Shown: positions 17,018 through 26,542, counted from the stretch's first letter. The stretch: DNA of 32,000 bases from Microcystis aeruginosa NIES-843 (GCF_000010625.1 NC_010296.1:3660001-3692000); one strand, 5' to 3'. Notes: generated by a model from the sequence alone, not told the origin. Program-made: numbers and translations.

Positions 17018-17214
17018 GAAATCTCAGATCAAAAAAACAAAGATCGAAAAACATTGACTACTCACACATCAAGATAAATCCCTAGGTGTTTGGTCTTCTG
17101 AAATGATTGACCTCTGTTCCTAGAATTTAGAGGTTGAACGGACATAATTGCTCGGTAATTATTTTCAATAGTAATGAATCGACCTACTAACTCAACAAAG
17201 TAAACGAATTAACG

Positions 17215-18651
17215 ATGAAACGAATTGCTCGAAAATCCGGGGAACTTGTCGGTTTGTTACCGAAAATTAACCCTGTCTGGTTAGCCTGTGTTCCCTTGTC
17301 TGCGATTATTTTTGTGGTTTGGAACGCGGCCGCACAGGCCCAGGATGCGAAACCCCTAACCCCCGAAGATGTCCAAAACGCCCTCAATACAATCTGGGTT
17401 TTAATTGCCGCCATCCTCGTGATCTTTATGAACGCGGGTTTTGCGATGCTAGAAACGGGATTCTGTCGCCAGAAAAATGCCGTTAACGTTCTCGCCAAAA
17501 ACCTGATCGTTTTCGCCCTCTCCACCATATCATTTTGGGCGATCGGTTTCTCCCTGATGTTTGGGTCTGTCAGTAACGAATTTTTCGGTACAGGAGGTTG
17601 GTTCCTTAGCAGTAGCGATCCTGCCACCTACGCCATGCCGAAATATTTGCCCACTTCGGTGTTCTTCCTGTTCCAAGTCGCTTTCGCGGGAACGGCGGCA
17701 ACCATTGTATCTGGGGCCGTGGCAGAACGGATTAAATTCGTCGATTTCCTCGTTTTTAGCTTAATTATCGTCGGTATCATGTACCCGATCACCGGTCACT
17801 GGGTTTGGGGTGGCGGTTGGTTAGCTGACCTTGGTTTTAAAGACTTCGCCGGTTCGACGGTGGTTCACTCGGTGGGTGGTTGGTCTGCTTTAACCGGGGC
17901 GGCAATTCTCGGGCCGAGAATGGGTAAATACATCAACGGTCGCACCAGTGCCTTACCCGGCCATAACATGAGTATTGCGACCCTGGGTTGTTTAATTCTC
18001 TGGATTGGCTGGTTCGGTTTTAACCCCGGTTCTGCTTTAGCGGTTAATGAAACTGTACCCTATATCGCTGTCACCACTAACCTCGCCGGGGCTGCGGGTG
18101 GCATTGCCGCTACCTTTACCGCTTGGGCGAAAGATGGTAAACCCGACCTTTCGATGATTATTAACGGTATTCTCGCCGGTTTAGTAGCCGTTACTGCCGG
18201 TTGTGATGGTGTATCCTATTGGTCGGCGGCAATCATCGGTTTAATTGCCGGTGTAGTCGTGGTTTACTCGGTGTCTTTCTTCGATAACCTGAAAATTGAT
18301 GACCCCGTGGGTGCCACTTCCGTTCACCTCGTCTGTGGTGTGTTGGGAACTTTAGCCGTCGGTATCTTCAACAAAGATGCGGGTTTAATCACCGGTCAAT
18401 TCCAACTGTTTATTAACCAAATTATCGGGATTGTGGCAGTAGGGGCATTTACCGTGATTGTTAGTGGTATTGTTTGGAGAATCCTCAAGGCTACCCTCGG
18501 TATTCGTGTTACTCCCGAAGAAGAAATGGAAGGTCTGGATGTGGGTGAACACGGAATGGAAGCCTATAGCGGTTTCGTCAAGGAGTCCGATATCGTTGCT
18601 GGTGGCCATTATGCTTCCAGTGTTGACATGGAAACGCCTAGCACTCGTTAG
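17215..18651 (+). CDS. amt1: Ammonium transporter (Amt family), first of a tandem pair
   Basis: 478 aa and polytopic, with Amt signatures ([46 protein letters not shown]). A signal-like N-terminus is present. Confidence 0.93.
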   Translation: MKRIARKSGELVGLLPKINPVWLACVPLSAIIFVVWNAAAQAQDAKPLTPEDVQNALNTIWVLIAAILVIFMNAGFAMLETGFCRQKNAVNVLAKNLIVFALSTISFWAIGFSLMFGSVSNEFFGTGGWFLSSSDPATYAMPKYLPTSVFFLFQVAFAGTAATIVSGAVAERIKFVDFLVFSLIIVGIMYPITGHWVWGGGWLADLGFKDFAGSTVVHSVGGWSALTGAAILGPRMGKYINGRTSALPGHNMSIATLGCLILWIGWFGFNPGSALAVNETVPYIAVTTNLAGAAGGIAATFTAWAKDGKPDLSMIINGILAGLVAVTAGCDGVSYWSAAIIGLIAGVVVVYSVSFFDNLKIDDPVGATSVHLVCGVLGTLAVGIFNKDAGLITGQFQLFINQIIGIVAVGAFTVIVSGIVWRILKATLGIRVTPEEEMEGLDVGEHGMEAYSGFVKESDIVAGGHYASSVDMETPSTR

Positions 18652-18825
18652 GTTAAACCTTGTAAAGATAGATTAATCTATCCCCGACAAAGTTAAAGAG
18701 AAAAGGAAGAAGGCCTCGCCCCGATGCGATCGGTGGCTATAATTGCCTTCTAAACCTTTTCTCTTTCGGTTTTTATCTCTTTCCAGACAGAAAAAATTAA
18801 TCTTGCTACTAACCACCAACCGTCA

Positions 18826-20250
18826 ATGAAAAAGATCGTAGGAATAACCATACTTTTGCTGGGACTAGGATTCAATTTCGGAGTTGCCCCGGTGTTTGCG
18901 GAAACCATCGCCGCCGCTCCCCCCAATCCGATTAGTGCTGGAGATACCGCTTGGATGCTGATCTCGTCGGCTTTAGTTTTATTAATGACCCCCGGACTGG
19001 CTTTTTTTTATGGGGGTTTAGTGCGTTCGCGTAACGTCCTCAACACCATGATGATGAGTTTGGTGGCCATGGGTGTCATCGGTGTAACTTGGGTGCTTTG
19101 GGGTTATAGTCTCGCTTTCGATGTCACCCCGGGTAAAAGTGGTTTTGGCGAGGGAATTGAAGCTTTTATCGGGGGACTAGATTGGATTTTTCTCAACGGT
19201 GTCACCGCCGCCGCACCTGACAATATCGGTTATGCACCCACCGTTCCCCATCAAGTGTTTATGGTCTATCAGATGATGTTTGCGATCATCACCCCGGCTT
19301 TAATTTCGGGTGCGATTGTGGAACGGGTTAACTTTAAAGCCTATTTTTGGTTTTTACTGCTTTGGTCCACCTTGATCTATTCTCCCCTAGCTCACTGGGT
19401 TTGGGGTAAGGGTTGGTTGGCAGCCACTGGGGCGCTGGATTTCGCTGGTGGAACCGTTGTTCACATTAGTTCCGGGATTTCCGCACTGGTGGCCGCCTGG
19501 ATGATCGGTCCGCGGCGTAGTTTTGGTGTCCAAACCTATGCACCCCATAATGTGCCGTTTGTTCTCCTAGGTATCGGTTTACTCTGGTTTGGTTGGTTTG
19601 GTTTTAATGGGGGTAGCGCGCTTTCTTCTAGTTCGCTGGCAGCCACAGCTTTTGTTAATACCACGATCGCCGCTTCGGCTGGTGGTTTGACATGGATGCT
19701 TATAGAATGGATTTTACGGGGTAAACCGACGGCGATCGGTATTGCTAGTGGATTTTTAGGGGGATTAGTGGGTATTACTCCCGCTGCCGGTTATGTGCTG
19801 CCGATCGGGGCGATTCTCATTGGTTCGATCACTGCCCTTAGCTGTTTTTTTGCGGTTAGTCTGCGGGCAAAATTGCGCTTTGATGATTCTTTGGATACCT
19901 ATCCTGTCCATGGTGTCGGCGGGACAATAGGGGCGCTGCTTACGGGGCTTTTTGCCACAAAAGCAGTTAATCCAGTCGGAAATGATGGTTTATTTTTTGG
20001 GAATCCGGGGTTACTGTGGACGCAATTTGTTGGCGTTGCCGCTACTTATATCTTTGCTGCCGTGGGTACTTTTGTTATCCTGAAAGTTCTCAGTCTATTT
20101 ATGGAGCTGCGGGTTAAACCGAATACGGAAGCAGAAGGGTTAGATGTTCCTGAACACGGAGAGGAAGCCTACGGACAGGAATTCGAGTTTGGTAGCAGCT
20201 TTTCCTACCAAGAAAATTCTCCGACCACAAATCCTCGAGAAAATTATTAG
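18826..20250 (+). CDS. Ammonium transporter (Amt family), second paralog
   Basis: 474 aa with Amt signatures (DFAGGTVVHISSGISALVAAWMIGPR, WFGFNGGSA, VHGVGGTIGALLTGLF). Confidence 0.92.
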   Translation: MKKIVGITILLLGLGFNFGVAPVFAETIAAAPPNPISAGDTAWMLISSALVLLMTPGLAFFYGGLVRSRNVLNTMMMSLVAMGVIGVTWVLWGYSLAFDVTPGKSGFGEGIEAFIGGLDWIFLNGVTAAAPDNIGYAPTVPHQVFMVYQMMFAIITPALISGAIVERVNFKAYFWFLLLWSTLIYSPLAHWVWGKGWLAATGALDFAGGTVVHISSGISALVAAWMIGPRRSFGVQTYAPHNVPFVLLGIGLLWFGWFGFNGGSALSSSSLAATAFVNTTIAASAGGLTWMLIEWILRGKPTAIGIASGFLGGLVGITPAAGYVLPIGAILIGSITALSCFFAVSLRAKLRFDDSLDTYPVHGVGGTIGALLTGLFATKAVNPVGNDGLFFGNPGLLWTQFVGVAATYIFAAVGTFVILKVLSLFMELRVKPNTEAEGLDVPEHGEEAYGQEFEFGSSFSYQENSPTTNPRENY

Positions 20251-20278
20251 CGATTCCAATCAGCTATCAGTCTGGCTA

Positions 20279-20302
20279 ACAGAGGCGAAATTTCGTCTCT
20301 GT
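20279..20302 (+). terminator. Possible stem-loop terminator after the second amt gene
   Basis: ACAGAGGCGA-AATT-TCGTCTCTGT forms a 10-bp stem with one G-U pair, 29 nt after the stop. No U-tract follows. Confidence 0.3.
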
Positions 20303-20525
20303 GAAACTGGGCTAAAAAATTCCGTTTTTGGTCGTCTTGTCTCTGTCACCGGGGATTGTGAGCCTGTCCGTCGCTGGCCAAGAATGCTCGATCGTTATTG
20401 TCCAGAGATTCTCCAAGACCCAAAAACTCTCCGCCAAGGCCGCATGAATAGCGATCGCTAGGGAGGATCAAGTTTTATCTAGATGGGCAAAACAGCAAAA
20501 AATTAGCGATTCCTACTGACAATAA

Positions 20526-21470
20526 TCAAGAAATTTGTAAGCCAGCTAACTCAGTAATTGTGTAGGTGGGTCTGCCTTTAACTTCCTCGTAAATTCTGCC
20601 GATATATTCTCCTAGTATTCCGATGCTAATTAGCTGCACAGAACCCAGAAAAAATATAGCGATCATAATCGTGGCAAAACCCGTGATCGGTGAGTCCGGT
20701 TGCTGTAAACGCCAATATAATACTAACAGAGCCATAATCAAAGATATCAGGGCAGAAAATAATCCTAGATAGGTGGCAAAACGTAAGGGGACACGGGAAA
20801 AAGATACTAGGCTATTAATAGCTAAAGATAATGATTTGCTAAAGGTATATTTTACTTCCCCGGCAAAGCGCGCATCCCGCTCAAATTTAACCGCAGTTTG
20901 TGGAAAGCCAATCCAAGCGCGCAACCCACGAATATAACGATTTCTTTCTGGGAGAGAATTTAATAGATCTACTACCTGACGATCCATTAAACAAAAGTCT
21001 CCTGTATCGGCGGGAATATCCACATCTGCTAGTCTTTTAAGCAAACGATAAAAGAGATAGGCCGTCAGTTTTTTAAACCAACTTTCTTGTTTTCTTTTGG
21101 TTCTTTGGGCATAAACTACTTGATACCCCTCTTGCCATTTTTCAATCATCTGGGGAATTAATTCGGGCGGATCTTGCAGGTCGGCATCTAAAACAATAAT
21201 TACTTGTCCTCGGCAAAAATTAAGTCCAGCAGTTACCGCCGCTTGATGACCAAAATTGCGGGCGAAACTGATATAACACACTCGTGAATCAGCTTTGTGC
21301 AGTTCTCGCAGCCGTTTTAAGGAACTATCTTTACTACCATCATTTACTAGGATTAATTCTACCGCCCCATCTAAATTATTCATGATGGCACTCACCCGGC
21401 GATACAGTTCGGCAATAGTTTCTTCCTCGTTATAGATGGGGACGATCAGAGAATATTTTAGCATTTGCAT
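20526..21470 (-). CDS. Family 2 glycosyltransferase, polyprenyl-phosphate sugar transferase type (ArnC/GtrB/DPM1-like)
   Basis: The N-terminus [13 protein letters not shown], the DGSKD motif and the DADLQDPPE (DXD) motif are present. Two C-terminal transmembrane helices are predicted. Confidence 0.85.
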   Translation of the reverse strand: MQMLKYSLIVPIYNEEETIAELYRRVSAIMNNLDGAVELILVNDGSKDSSLKRLRELHKADSRVCYISFARNFGHQAAVTAGLNFCRGQVIIVLDADLQDPPELIPQMIEKWQEGYQVVYAQRTKRKQESWFKKLTAYLFYRLLKRLADVDIPADTGDFCLMDRQVVDLLNSLPERNRYIRGLRAWIGFPQTAVKFERDARFAGEVKYTFSKSLSLAINSLVSFSRVPLRFATYLGLFSALISLIMALLVLYWRLQQPDSPITGFATIMIAIFFLGSVQLISIGILGEYIGRIYEEVKGRPTYTITELAGLQIS

Positions 21471-21543
21471 AATAATATTTGACCAGTAATTGATTGAAAA
21501 ATCTGACTCCTAACTCAGAGAATTCTGCCGTCAATCTCTTTAC

Positions 21544-22413
21544 TTAGCGAAGAAAATCCTCGATCGCCTGTCCCGTCTCTTCCGGTGCTTCTTCCGGTAA
21601 AAAATGACCGCTGGCGATCGCCTGTCCAGTGACTTGATTAGCTCGCTGCTGCCAAAGAGCGATCACATCGTATTGACGTGCAATGAAACCTTTTTCTCCC
21701 CAAAGAACCAAGAGGGGAGAGGAAATTTTCCGGTCTAAATCCTGACGATCATGCTCTAAATCGATGGTAGCGGCGGCCCGATAATCGGCACAAGTGGCGG
21801 TTATTGTCCTTAAATCTCGAAAACAACGCTGATATTCCCCCAAAGCTTCCTCTGTAAAAGCGCTAAAATCTCGCCCCCAACTTTGCAAGCAATGTTGAAG
21901 ATAATAATCGGGATTAGCGGCGATCAGGGTTTCGGGAAAAGGGGAAGGCTGAATCAAGAAAAACCAATGATAGTAGGCAGTGGCAAAAGTTTTATCAGTC
22001 GCCTCGTACATCGCCAGCGTCGGGGCTATATCGAGTAAAACGAGTTTTTTTACCTTTTCGGGAAAATCAAGGGCGAGACGGTGGGAAACTCGCGCCCCTC
22101 GATCGTGGCCGATTAGATAAAACTCCTGATAACCCAATTTTTCCATCAGCAACACCTGATCGAGGGCCATGACTCGCTTGCAATAATTGCTAGAATCCTC
22201 TAGGGGTAAGGGTTTATCGCTATCCCCGTAGCCGCGCAGATCCGTGGCGATAACCGTAAAATTAGCCCCTAATCGGGGGACGATTTTATGCCACATTTGA
22301 TGGGTTTGGGGATAACCATGGAGCAAAAGCAGCGGAAAACCGCGCCCACCTTTGACACCATTGATAGTAATGCCATTAACTTCTAGCTGAAATTTCCGAA
22401 AATTTGTCAGCAT
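21544..22413 (-). CDS. Alpha/beta-fold hydrolase (haloacetate dehalogenase / epoxide hydrolase-like subfamily)
   Basis: HGYPQTHQMW is present, the nucleophile elbow is IGHDRGARV, and a C-terminal His lies in ASGHFLPEE. Confidence 0.75.
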   Translation of the reverse strand: MLTNFRKFQLEVNGITINGVKGGRGFPLLLLHGYPQTHQMWHKIVPRLGANFTVIATDLRGYGDSDKPLPLEDSSNYCKRVMALDQVLLMEKLGYQEFYLIGHDRGARVSHRLALDFPEKVKKLVLLDIAPTLAMYEATDKTFATAYYHWFFLIQPSPFPETLIAANPDYYLQHCLQSWGRDFSAFTEEALGEYQRCFRDLRTITATCADYRAAATIDLEHDRQDLDRKISSPLLVLWGEKGFIARQYDVIALWQQRANQVTGQAIASGHFLPEEAPEETGQAIEDFLR

Positions 22414-22573
22414 TTTTGCCTCCTGTCACTTTGGGGAAAGATAATTGCATCATCTGGCAAAAGTGACCCAATCAGTAAAGTTTTTTCACTATAGCCGCTC
22501 AAGCCGCTGCTTTTCTGGTAGATTAAAACCATTGGGTTGCTCAAAAATCAACGAGTTAAGCAGTAATTTGATT

Positions 22574-23491
22574 ATGATCTCGATTATCTATTCCGATGAA
22601 TTTCTCGATCACGATACAGGTATTTACCATCCCGAAAAAGCGGCGCGTTTAACGGCAATTGTCGGAGCTTTAAAACAAACAGAATGGCAGTCAAAATTAA
22701 CATGGCATTTACCGACACCGCTCGAAATTCGTGACGAAGTACTCCCTTTGATCAAACAAGTTCATAATCAAAATTATGTTGATATATTGCGGCGAATTTG
22801 TCAACAGGGTGGGGGAAGATTGGATGCAGATACTCCCGTTTCTGCGCGTAGTTACGATGTGGCGTTACTAGCGGTTAGTGGCTGGTTAGATGGAGTCGAT
22901 CGAGTCTTATCTACTGGCGATCCTGCCTTTATTTTAGCCCGTCCACCAGGACATCATGCCACTTCTAATTATGGCATGGGTTTCTGTCTGTTTTCTAATG
23001 CTGCTATTGCCGCCTATTATGCTTTAGAAAACAAAAGAGTGCAAAAAGTAGCGATTCTCGATTGGGACGTACATCACGGCAATGGCACCCAGGATATAGT
23101 CGAAAATCATCCCCAGATTGCCTATTGTTCCCTCCATCAATTCCCCTTTTATCCCGGCACGGGAGAAGCGAGAGAAACAGGTGAGTTTAATAATGTTTTA
23201 AATATTCCCTTATCGGCGGGAAGTACGATTAAAGATTATCAAGAACATTTTGAGGGGCAAGTCATACCTTTTCTGAAAAATTTTCAACCGGATTTAGTGA
23301 TTGTTAGTGCTGGATATGATGCCAATCAAGCGGATCCTCTGGCGGGAATTTGTTTACACCCACAAGATTATGGAATTTTAACCAAATACCTCTTAACTCT
23401 CAATAAACCGCTGCTTTTCGGCTTAGAAGGTGGTTATGATTTAGAAGCTTTAGCGGCTTCCGTCGTCGCCACCTTAGAAGCTTTGCTCTGA
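22574..23491 (+). CDS. Histone deacetylase-family amidohydrolase (AcuC/acetylpolyamine amidohydrolase-like)
   Basis: RPPGHHA, DWDVHHGNGTQ and SAGYDA...GGY motifs are present. The ATG at 22574 (MISIIYSDEF) is preferred over the TTG at 22445. Confidence 0.85.
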   Translation: MISIIYSDEFLDHDTGIYHPEKAARLTAIVGALKQTEWQSKLTWHLPTPLEIRDEVLPLIKQVHNQNYVDILRRICQQGGGRLDADTPVSARSYDVALLAVSGWLDGVDRVLSTGDPAFILARPPGHHATSNYGMGFCLFSNAAIAAYYALENKRVQKVAILDWDVHHGNGTQDIVENHPQIAYCSLHQFPFYPGTGEARETGEFNNVLNIPLSAGSTIKDYQEHFEGQVIPFLKNFQPDLVIVSAGYDANQADPLAGICLHPQDYGILTKYLLTLNKPLLFGLEGGYDLEALAASVVATLEALL

Positions 23492-23606
23492 TCCTATTCC
23501 GGGTAATCGTTACATTTCTTTAAAAAGATTGGTAACAAAGTGATGGAATGCGGTAAGGTAAACGATCGATAGAAAAAAACCCTTGACCTAGTTGCCTTTT
23601 AAGATT

Positions 23607-24800
23607 ATGAACTCGCTTGCGCCACACCTAAAAGCCAAAGCCCTCAAGCCTAATAGTCGTCGTCCTGCCAAAGAATTGTGTAGCGAGTGCGGACTTTGTG
23701 ACACTTATTATATTCACTACGTTAAAGAAGCTTGTGCTTTTCTCAATCAACAAATCGCCGATTTAGAAGCAGAAGCACACGGCAAAAGTCGCGACTTAAA
23801 TCAGGAAAATGATCTCTATTTTGGTGTTCATCAAGAGATGATGGCTGCCAAGAAAAAACAAGCTATTCCCGGGGCGCAATGGACAGGAATCGTCAGTACA
23901 ATTGCCTGTGAAATGCTCGATCGTGGTTTAGTAGAAGGGGTGGTTTGTGTGCAGAATACCGCCGAGGATCGCTTTCAACCGCAACCGATTCTCGCCCGTA
24001 CCACCGAAGAAATTCTCGCCGCTAAAGTTAATAAACCGACTCTTTCTCCCAATTTATCAGTCCTAGAAGAAATTGAAAAATCGGGCATGAAACGGTTATT
24101 AGTTATCGGAGTTGGTTGTCAAATTCAAGCCCTAAGAGCAGTAGAAAAAAAATTAGGCTTGGAAAAATTATATGTCTTAGGAACTCCCTGCGTCGATAAT
24201 GTCACCCGCTCAGGACTGCAAAAGTTTCTAGAAACTACCAGTCGTTCCCCAGAAACCGTGGTTCATTACGAATTTATGCAGGATTTTCGGGTACACTTTA
24301 AACACGAAGACGGCTCGATCGAAATGGTTCCCTTTTTTGGCTTAAAGACTAATAAATTAAAGGATGTTTTTGCTCCTTCCTGTATGACTTGTTTTGATTA
24401 CGTTAACTCCCTTGCCGATTTAGTTGTGGGCTATATGGGCGCACCTTTTGGCTGGCAATGGATTGTCGTTCGTAATGATACGGGTAAGGAAATGTTAGAG
24501 TTAGTTAAAGACCAATTAGATACCCAAGATGTCATGTCTAGTGGTGATAGAAAACAGGCGGTACAAAATAGCATTCCTGCCTATGATAAAGGTGTAACCT
24601 TGCCGATGTGGGCGGCAAAAATGATGGGAGTAGTAATTGAAAAAATCGGGCCTAAAGGTTTAGAATATGCTCGCTTTTCTATCGATTCTCACTTTACCCG
24701 TAATTACCTTTATGTTAAACGTAATTATCCTGAAAAATTAGCGGCTCATGTTCCTGAATATGCTAAAAAGATTGTGGAACAGTATAAATTGCCCGATTAA
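23607..24800 (+). CDS. bciB: FrhB-family Fe-S flavoprotein, probably the ferredoxin-dependent 8-vinyl reductase BciB / HCAR-like enzyme
   Basis: An N-terminal Cys cluster (CSECGLCDTYYIHYVKEACAF) is followed by FrhB/FdhB-like domains (VIGVGCQIQALR, GTPCVDN). Choosing BciB over other FrhB paralogs is an inference from cyanobacterial gene content. Confidence 0.6.
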   Translation: MNSLAPHLKAKALKPNSRRPAKELCSECGLCDTYYIHYVKEACAFLNQQIADLEAEAHGKSRDLNQENDLYFGVHQEMMAAKKKQAIPGAQWTGIVSTIACEMLDRGLVEGVVCVQNTAEDRFQPQPILARTTEEILAAKVNKPTLSPNLSVLEEIEKSGMKRLLVIGVGCQIQALRAVEKKLGLEKLYVLGTPCVDNVTRSGLQKFLETTSRSPETVVHYEFMQDFRVHFKHEDGSIEMVPFFGLKTNKLKDVFAPSCMTCFDYVNSLADLVVGYMGAPFGWQWIVVRNDTGKEMLELVKDQLDTQDVMSSGDRKQAVQNSIPAYDKGVTLPMWAAKMMGVVIEKIGPKGLEYARFSIDSHFTRNYLYVKRNYPEKLAAHVPEYAKKIVEQYKLPD

Positions 24801-24820
24801 TTAGGGTATGCTGAAAAAGT

Positions 24821-24888
24821 AGGGGCGCAACATTCGGATAGGAAATCTACGGTTTCAACCATAGGTTATCCCCCGAATGTTCACCCCT
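24821..24888. repeat. Long imperfect hairpin element (AGGGGCGCAACATTCGG...CCGAATGTTCACCCCT)
   Basis: The arms lie at 24821-24837 and 24873-24888 with two mismatches. It sits 21 nt after the bciB stop and may act as its terminator. Confidence 0.6.
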
Positions 24889-25007
24889 TCTTCGACAATC
24901 TCTTATCAGTTATCAGTTATCAGTTATCAGTTATCAGTTATCAGTTATCAGCTATCAGTTATCAGTGATTAATTCAATCATAGTCGATGATAGGTGATGC
25001 GTGAGGA

Positions 25008-25108
25008 CTAAATCTGGATGTTGTCAAAATTTCTCTTGACAAAAGCCTCTTGACATGATACTATATTCATAATGGAAAATCTGTGCGCCTACAAACCCTA
25101 TTTTCAAG
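25008..25108 (+). promoter_or_regulatory. Repeat core 1: sigma70-type promoter plus operator palindrome plus conserved leader (upstream of hicBA)
   Basis: The -35 TTGACA is at 25036-25041, followed by a 17-nt spacer and the -10 TACTAT at 25059-25064. The palindrome TTGTCAA-N8-TTGACAA spans 25021-25042. Confidence 0.7.
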
Positions 25109-25166
25109 TCTCAATAATCGCCAATAAAAGCTTAGATAGCGATAATTTTTTTAGGGATTGAGAACC

Positions 25167-25379
25167 ATGAACCATCAAAGAGAGTTTTATGTTGTCATTG
25201 AACGAGATAAGGATGGATATTATGTTGGGGAAGTTCCTCAACTTCGGGGTTGTTACAGTCAAGGGGAAACGATTGATGAATTGATGAAGAATATCAGGGA
25301 AGTGATTGAACTTTGCTTGGAAGATGACAATCCTGAAGATGTGTCGGAGTTTGTTGGAATTGAAAAGCTGTCTATCTGA
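25167..25379 (+). CDS. hicB: HicB-family antitoxin
   Basis: REFYVVIERDKDGYYVGEVPQLRGCYSQGETIDELMKNIREVIELCLE is the typical HicB/UPF0150 N-terminal domain. The ATG at 25167 is preferred over the TTG at 25158. Confidence 0.85.
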   Translation: MNHQREFYVVIERDKDGYYVGEVPQLRGCYSQGETIDELMKNIREVIELCLEDDNPEDVSEFVGIEKLSI

Positions 25380-25603
25380 TGCCAAAATTACCGATATTAA
25401 CCGGTGATGAAGTTATCAAAGCTTTAACTAAAATCGGGTTTCAATCTATCCGACAAAAAGGAAGTCATCTGCGCTTAAAACATGAAGATGGAAGAGTTGT
25501 CACCGTACCGGTTCATCGGGAGAAAACTGTCGGGAAAGGATTACTCTTAAAAATTTTGCGCGATGCTGAACTGACACAAGAAGAATTTATTCGTCTGCTG
25601 TAA
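25379..25603 (+). CDS. hicA: HicA-family mRNA-interferase toxin
   Basis: 74 aa. LTGDEVIKALTKIGFQSIRQKGSHLRLKHEDGRVVTVPVH is the HicA (YcfA-like) signature. Its start overlaps the hicB stop (TGATG). Confidence 0.88.
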   Translation: MPKLPILTGDEVIKALTKIGFQSIRQKGSHLRLKHEDGRVVTVPVHREKTVGKGLLLKILRDAELTQEEFIRLL

Positions 25604-25703
25604 TTCCCATCTTGATTGAAGCTTAATGTCCCCTTGCTAAATATAGTACAAAAAATCTGGCTTTGTCAGATCAGAAAAAGATGCAATCCAATCTTTCTGC
25701 TAC

Positions 25704-25805
25704 GTTTTTCTGGATTTTGTCAAAATTTCTCTTGACAAAGGCGACTTGACATGATACTATATTCATAATGGAAAATCCGTGCGCTTGCAGACCCTAGTTT
25801 TCAAG
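25704..25805 (+). promoter_or_regulatory. Repeat core 2
   Basis: The -35 is at 25732-25737, followed by a 17-nt spacer and the -10 TACTAT at 25755-25760. The core ends 17 bp before the stop codon of the oppositely oriented relE-like gene. Confidence 0.7.
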
Positions 25806-25822
25806 AATTTTCAAGGTCTAGT

Positions 25823-26077
25823 TTATTGCCCATAATGGGTTTTAGTACGATGAATATAGATTAACTTCTGTTCATCATTAATGGTGTAAAGTATTCTATC
25901 TTGATAACTTAAGCGAATTGAATAGAAACCCGTTAAATCTCCTACTAATTTTTTACCACTATAGGGAGAAATACTCAGGGTATCTTGGATAATTGACTTC
26001 AGTTTTTTCTTAAGTTTAGGGGTTAGCTTATCAACATCTTTTTTTGCTTCTTTGGTAAATCTGACTTCATAAACCAT
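25823..26077 (-). CDS. RelE/ParE-superfamily toxin
   Basis: 84 aa. YEVRFTKEAKKDVDKL...GDLTGFYSIRLSYQDRILYTINDEQKLIYIHRTKTHY matches the RelE/StbE pattern. Confidence 0.85.
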   Translation of the reverse strand: MVYEVRFTKEAKKDVDKLTPKLKKKLKSIIQDTLSISPYSGKKLVGDLTGFYSIRLSYQDRILYTINDEQKLIYIHRTKTHYGQ

Positions 26078-26340
26078 TAATCAATGTCTCCCAAGACTTC
26101 CTCGAAAGAATAGGTTTCATTTTCATTAATTTGCTGTAGAGATAGTTGTAAGCTTTCTCTTAAATCGGGAATAGAGAGTAATTCGATGGTTTCTTGTAAA
26201 CTTTCATAGTTTTTTTGAGAAATCAAAATTACAGAATCCTCCTGATTCTCAATGGCATAAATTTTGTTATCTTCCGTAACCGATTTAACGAGACTTGGTA
26301 AATCGGTTTGAGCATCGGCGATTTTAATTTTTTTGATCAT
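26077..26340 (-). CDS. Phd/YefM-type antitoxin
   Basis: 87 aa with the N-terminal DAQTDLPSLVKSV...VILISQKNYESLQETIELLS pattern. It overlaps the toxin start by 1 nt. Confidence 0.75.
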   Translation of the reverse strand: MIKKIKIADAQTDLPSLVKSVTEDNKIYAIENQEDSVILISQKNYESLQETIELLSIPDLRESLQLSLQQINENETYSFEEVLGDID

Positions 26341-26512
26341 AATTAATCCTTTTTTTGATGATGAAATAATAAAAATTATTGTAGGGATTTAACAATCTCA
26401 CCTAATCACACTCCAGACAGCATCCTCCTATAATTATCCATCATTGTAGTCATCAGTGATTAATTCAATCATAGTCGATGATAGGTGATGCGTTACTGGA
26501 CTAGGTAATAGG

Positions 26513-26542
26513 TGTAGGGGTAATTCATGAATTACCCCTACA
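26513..26542. repeat. Perfect palindromic element TGTAGGGGTAATTCATGAATTACCCCTACA
   Basis: 30 nt and perfectly self-complementary, of the GTAGGGG...CCCCTAC type also seen at 24820-24888. Confidence 0.9.

Noticed and set aside
17187-18676. ORFs 17187-17627 (-), 17561-17764 (+), 18385-18609 (-) and 18458-18676 (+)
   Set aside because: All overlap amt1 in other frames or on the other strand, and amt1 has unambiguous Amt signatures.
18655-18700. NtcA site before the second amt gene (GTAaagatagaTTA)
   Set aside because: The right half is TTA rather than TAC, so it does not meet the GTA-N8-TAC consensus.
20144-20461. 105-aa ORF overlapping the 3' end of the second amt gene and the downstream spacer
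   Set aside because: It starts inside the amt coding region in another frame. It has no motifs, and the spacer portion has no independent start with a ribosome-binding site.
25050-25073. Second TTGACA as the functional -35 box
   Set aside because: Its spacing to the possible -10 hexamers is 6 nt (TATATT) or 12 nt (CATAAT), outside the 16-18-nt window. The first TTGACA has exactly 17 nt to TACTAT in all six copies.
25073-25161. Leaderless mini-ORF starting at the conserved ATG of each core (MENPCAYRP...)
   Set aside because: The six copies end after 9, 22, 22, 27, 29 and 30 codons with unrelated tails. Most differences are non-synonymous (E/G/Q, P/L, R/K/E, Y/C, S/Y). Conservation looks nucleotide-level rather than protein-level. 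The first ~9 codons could still be translated.
25104-25385. 93-aa minus-strand ORF
   Set aside because: It is fully antisense to hicB, which has a clear family signature, and it has no recognisable motifs.
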